From an uncultured delta proteobacterium (GTDB taxonomy: Bacteria; Myxococcota_A; Polyangia; Polyangiales; Polyangiaceae), in assembly GCA_963782055.1 (NCBI GenBank), contig CAWAIF010000003.1:1632001-1696000 (forward strand): a stretch of DNA of 64,000 nucleotides, written 5' to 3'. Shown one piece after another: positions 60,449 through 64,000 of the stretch; position 1 is the stretch's first letter; each line of letters opens with the position of its first letter. A model generated the notes under the pieces. It did no database searches, was not told the origin of the DNA, and was given only the letters and a program-made list of their open reading frames with translations. The translations under genes were made by a program, and so were the position numbers.

Positions 60449-60910
60449 CTACTTCGCCGCGCCCTCGCTCGTCGTCTTGATCCTCCCGGCGAGGATCTCC
60501 AAAAACTGCTTCCAGCCGTCTTCGTGCCCGCGCCCCAGCTCGTCGTCGGGCACGCCGGAGTGCGTGAGGCGAAGCTCCGTCCCGCCGCGCGCCGCCTTCA
60601 TCTCCAGGGTGACGCGCGACTCCCGTCCGTGCGTCGCCTCCGACACCCACGCAAATTCGAGCAGGCCCGGTCGCTCGACACGCAGGTAGCGGCAGTAATG
60701 CACCCAGCGCTTGCCGGTGCTCTTCTGCAGGTGCTCCCAGTACCAGAGCTCGTCCACCGCGGCCGTGCGCAGCACCGCGCGGTGCGGCTCGAACCAGCGG
60801 CGAAACAGGTCCGGGTCGGCCCAGGCGTCGAACACCTCCGCGGGCGAGCCCTCGATGAAGCGGGGGACGGTGATGGTGAGCAGTCCGTCGGTGGAGGTCG
60901 CGGCGGTCAT
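60449..60910 (-). CDS. SRPBCC/AHSA1 domain protein
   Basis: EVFDAWADP...WF, LEFAW, GTELRLTHSG, HEDGW; ATGA-coupled to ArsR. Confidence 0.9.
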   Translation of the reverse strand: MTAATSTDGLLTITVPRFIEGSPAEVFDAWADPDLFRRWFEPHRAVLRTAAVDELWYWEHLQKSTGKRWVHYCRYLRVERPGLLEFAWVSEATHGRESRVTLEMKAARGGTELRLTHSGVPDDELGRGHEDGWKQFLEILAGRIKTTSEGAAK

Positions 60911-61242
60911 GAGTCCTTCTTTCTGTTGGCGCGCACGAAGGCGTCGAGCTTGTCCAGTCGGTCGTTCCAGAAGCGTTCGTAGCGGGTGGCCCAGCGCGAG
61001 ATGCGGTGGATCGGCGCGGGGTTCAGGGCGATGTGGTGCTCCCGCCCGACGCGCGTGCGCCGCACCAGGCCCGCGCGCTCCAGCACCTTGACGTGCTTGG
61101 AGACGGCGTTGAGTGACATGTCGAAGGGCTCGGCCAGGTCGGTGACCCGGACCGCGCCGGCGGTGAGCCGCTCGACGATCTGGCGGCGGGTGGGGTCCGC
61201 CAGGGCGGTGAAGGCGAGATCGAGGCTGGGGATGGCGCTCAT
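60907..61242 (-). CDS. ArsR family transcriptional regulator
   Basis: FTALADPTRR, VTDLAEPFDMS..AVSKHVKVLERAGLV, GRE. Confidence 0.93.
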   Translation of the reverse strand: MSAIPSLDLAFTALADPTRRQIVERLTAGAVRVTDLAEPFDMSLNAVSKHVKVLERAGLVRRTRVGREHHIALNPAPIHRISRWATRYERFWNDRLDKLDAFVRANRKKDS

Positions 61243-61244
61243 TC

Positions 61245-61288
61245 ATTCAACCCACGAGTTGAATAAAGCGCCCCGGTCCGCCTGTCAA
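61245..61288 (-). promoter_or_regulatory. Sigma70 promoter with an overlapping perfect palindromic operator
   Basis: TTGACA-N17-TATTCA; inverted repeat ATTCAAC-N6-GTTGAAT at 61245-61264. Confidence 0.8.
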
Positions 61289-61303
61289 TGGCCGGTGGCG
61301 CCG

Positions 61304-62008
61304 TCAGTGGAGAAGGCTCGTCGCCTGCAGGAAGTGACCGGCCGCGATCCCGATGACCGCGTCGTGCAGGGCGTGGGCGATCATCCCCGGCCGCAGGCTG
61401 CGCCGCCAGCGCGCGAGCGCGCCGAACATGCCGCCGTAGAGGGCGAGCACGATCATCGTCCGCCACCCCTCGTAGCCGTGCGACGCGCCGAAGACGATCG
61501 CCTGGAGCACGACGCCGCCGGCCACGCTCCGCGTGATGACGCCGAACTGCTCGAGCAAGTACCCCCGGAAGACGATCTCCTCGCAGATGCCCGCGGTCGC
61601 GGCGACGGCGCAGAAGGTCGCGATCTCCGCCGGCGTGTGCGGCAGGATCCGCCGCAGCGCCTCCGTCGGTCGCGAGTGGACGAGCGCGCCGGCCACGGCG
61701 AGCACCACGTTGGCCGCGACGACGAACGCCACCGCGATCCCCACGTCGCGCAGCACGAGCTTCCACGAGCGCGCGTTGTCCCCGAGCAGATCCCGCAGCC
61801 GCCGCCCGCGCAGCCACAGCCCGAGCCACACGAAGGCCACGAAGAGCCACTCCAGCACGATGCTCAGCCCGTAGACGACGAGGCGGCCGGCGTGGACGCG
61901 CCCGGCCTGCTGCATCGAGGCGTTGACCACCGAGAACCCGACGAGCGCGGCGAGCAGCACGACGGTGTGCCACGCGGGAGCGACGAGCCGGCCGTGCGCG
62001 CGGGTCAT
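61304..62008 (-). CDS. CPBP (CAAX protease/Abi) intramembrane metalloprotease
   Basis: CEEIVFRG, FGASH, HALHD. Confidence 0.92.
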   Translation of the reverse strand: MTRAHGRLVAPAWHTVVLLAALVGFSVVNASMQQAGRVHAGRLVVYGLSIVLEWLFVAFVWLGLWLRGRRLRDLLGDNARSWKLVLRDVGIAVAFVVAANVVLAVAGALVHSRPTEALRRILPHTPAEIATFCAVAATAGICEEIVFRGYLLEQFGVITRSVAGGVVLQAIVFGASHGYEGWRTMIVLALYGGMFGALARWRRSLRPGMIAHALHDAVIGIAAGHFLQATSLLH

Positions 62009-62017
62009 CGGAGGCGC

Positions 62018-62851
62018 TCAGTACAGCCCGAGCCCGTGCAGCCGCTTGCGCTGCTGCGTGCCGAGGGTGAGGCCCACCTGCGCGACGTCGATGGTCCGCG
62101 TGGTGCCCGGCGCGCCGGGGACGTCGGCGTGGTTCCAGAGCCCGCGGACGCACACCGCGAGCGTCTCTCCCGGCTCGGCGCACAGCGAGCCCTCGACCCA
62201 GCTCACCGGTCCGGGCGAGTCGGAGGAGGGGACGACGTGCATCCACCGGGCCGCGAGGGAGACGGGTCGGGTGTGCAGCGCGACGACCGCCCCGGTGGCC
62301 CACGAGACGTCCAGATCGCGCGAGGCGCCGCCGGCGTCGCTGCGCCCGGTGAGGATCAGCCCGGACGTCCAGGCGACCTCGGCGAGCACCACGCGCGAGA
62401 GCAGGTACTGGTAGCCCACGTGGGCATCGGGGAGCACGAGCGCCGAGCGGTAGTAGAGGTCGTTGCCCTCCAGCATGCCCAGGAAGCCGGCGCGCACGAA
62501 GGGGCCTTGCCGTGGGGTGACGGCGAGGCGGTAGCCGCCCATCAGGGAGAAGGAGAGGCCGCCCTGGAACATGGCGCCGCGATCGCTCGCGCCCCCGCCG
62601 ATCTGCGCCGTGTTCACCATGCGCACGACCACGCCGCGGTCGTAGCTGTAGCCGGCGATCGCGCTGCGGGCGGTGATCGCGCCGCCGCGGTGCACGCCGC
62701 TCGGGTCGCGCGCGAGCGTCTCGCTCCCGTCCAGTCCGGTGCTGCCGACGAGCATCGCCGAGACCTGAGCGCCGCCAGGCCGGTGCGGCAGCGTCGCCAG
62801 TCGCGTGAGGGCGTCGTCGCTCGCGAACAGAAAGAGCGCGATGGGGAGCAC
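62018..62851 (-). CDS. Hypothetical protein, possibly an outer-membrane beta-barrel
   Basis: Alternating amphipathic strands (GYRL, HVGYQY, VGLTLG); start uncertain. Confidence 0.6.
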   Translation of the reverse strand: MLPIALFLFASDDALTRLATLPHRPGGAQVSAMLVGSTGLDGSETLARDPSGVHRGGAITARSAIAGYSYDRGVVVRMVNTAQIGGGASDRGAMFQGGLSFSLMGGYRLAVTPRQGPFVRAGFLGMLEGNDLYYRSALVLPDAHVGYQYLLSRVVLAEVAWTSGLILTGRSDAGGASRDLDVSWATGAVVALHTRPVSLAARWMHVVPSSDSPGPVSWVEGSLCAEPGETLAVCVRGLWNHADVPGAPGTTRTIDVAQVGLTLGTQQRKRLHGLGLY

Positions 62852-62903
62852 TGCGGCATCACCCTACACGACTGGCCGCGCGGCGCACGGCCGACAGCCC
62901 GAG

Positions 62904-63668
62904 CTACTGCCCGAGGAGCTGGGCGAGGCGCGCCTGCCCGACCTGGATGGCCTTCGCGTGGTCCTCGATGGGCGAGACTTTTGCGCTGGAGCCGGTGAAG
63001 GCGACATAGAGCACGTCCGGCGCGTCCACGCCGCCCTTGCTCGGGTCGGGGTTGACGCCGAGATCACTGGCCGTCGCGTACGAAGCCTCGCCGATGTCCG
63101 CCGAGGGCCCGACGTCCCCGTACACCGCGTACTCGACCTGCCCCTTGTAGAGCACCAGGATCACGTCGCCCTTCGCCAGCCCGGCCGCGCCGAAGTCGAA
63201 GCGGCTGCTCTTGCCCGGCACCACGACGTACGGCAGGTGCGCCGCGTCCAGCGCGTTGCCCTGCGAGTCGGTCGCCGCGGTCTGATTCTGGTAGTCGGGG
63301 TCGGTCGAGAGGTTGCACTCGGTCGTCGTCTTGCCATCGCAGTCGATGTCCATGTCCGCCTTCCAGAAGAGCGCGTTGCTGAGCTGGCAGATGGGCACCG
63401 TGGGCGTGTCGCCGGCGTTGAGGGCGTAGAGGCCGCTGGAGACCTGGTTGCACTTCGCGGTGAGCGCCTGCAGCGCGGCGACCGGATCCACCGCGGCGTC
63501 GGCGTCGGGCGCCTCGGCCGCATCGCTCGACGCGTCCGCCGCCGGCGCGTCGCTCGACGTGTCGGCGACCGAGGCGTCCGGCGTGTCGCCGGCGTCGGTG
63601 TCGACCGGCGTGTCCGACCCGCAGGCGAGGAGACCTGCAGCGGCGAGGGCCAGGACGAGGCGGAGCAT
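62904..63668 (-). CDS. Glycoside hydrolase family 75 (chitosanase) lipoprotein
   Basis: Lipobox LLAC; ADMDIDCDG, LDAAHLPYVVVP, YGDVGP, IGEASY. Confidence 0.88.
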   Translation of the reverse strand: MLRLVLALAAAGLLACGSDTPVDTDAGDTPDASVADTSSDAPAADASSDAAEAPDADAAVDPVAALQALTAKCNQVSSGLYALNAGDTPTVPICQLSNALFWKADMDIDCDGKTTTECNLSTDPDYQNQTAATDSQGNALDAAHLPYVVVPGKSSRFDFGAAGLAKGDVILVLYKGQVEYAVYGDVGPSADIGEASYATASDLGVNPDPSKGGVDAPDVLYVAFTGSSAKVSPIEDHAKAIQVGQARLAQLLGQ

Positions 63669-63776
63669 GCCGCCAGCATACTTCACCGGGGGCGCGCAGC
63701 CCATGCGCGCGAGCCGCGCGCGCCAGGCCCTTGACCGGCTTGAGCCAGTACGCACCTTGCGACCAGGAAGGGCGTC

Positions 63777-64000
63777 ATGAAGTCCCTCGTCGCCATCGTG
63801 TTCGGACTCGCGCTGCCACTCGTCGTGGCCGCTCCCCGGGGCGTCGCGGAGGACCCCGGCCCCGGCCCGTGCATCGAGGTCGCCGCCGTCACCGTCTGGG
63901 GAGGCTGGGGCTACAACCACATCGTCTACCTGACCGACCGGTGCGACGAGCCGTACGCCTGCGATGTCTCCACCGACGTCGACCCGGAGATCCACCACGC
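63777..64000 (+). CDS. Secreted hypothetical protein, 3'-truncated by the window edge
   Basis: MKSLVAIVFGLALPLVVAA signal peptide; GYNHIVYL..RC....CDVSTDVDP. Confidence 0.7.
   Translation, partial: MKSLVAIVFGLALPLVVAAPRGVAEDPGPGPCIEVAAVTVWGGWGYNHIVYLTDRCDEPYACDVSTDVDPEIHH

Overview
This is a very GC-rich, gene-dense chromosomal window. Its content points to Myxococcota, probably Polyangiaceae: Cys-rich NCGxCGxxC repeat lipoproteins, Asp-Ala-Gly linker lipoproteins, a eukaryote-like Ser/Thr kinase and an AgmX/PglI-type protein. It holds about 60 CDSs and one initiator tRNA-Met, mostly metabolic, transport and stress genes (glgP, malQ, ABC-F, NitT/TauT ABC, acr3, osmC, carbonic anhydrase, two ArsR-SRPBCC modules, a two-component pair, a class III cyclase). 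The strongest candidate for a new system is an MNIO (DUF692) RiPP locus at 52.7-57.1 kb. Its Cys-repeat precursor looks lipid-anchored, a gluzincin peptidase lipoprotein separates it from a divergent DoxX gene, and the precursor and doxX share an ECF-type promoter motif (CGAAAC-N16/17-CGTA). Other notable items are an Rrf2-thioredoxin fusion next to triple direct repeats, a kinase-HEAT gene coupled to a degenerate HD-GYP-TPR gene, and an HTTM pair abutting carbonic anhydrase. A decayed ISKra4-like insert with a duplicated 78-bp segment splits an ABC operon. Many genes have leaderless-type starts. Five single-base frameshifts (three at GATC>GANTC) probably reflect sequencing error. All family assignments come from recognising motifs by eye; no database searches were run.
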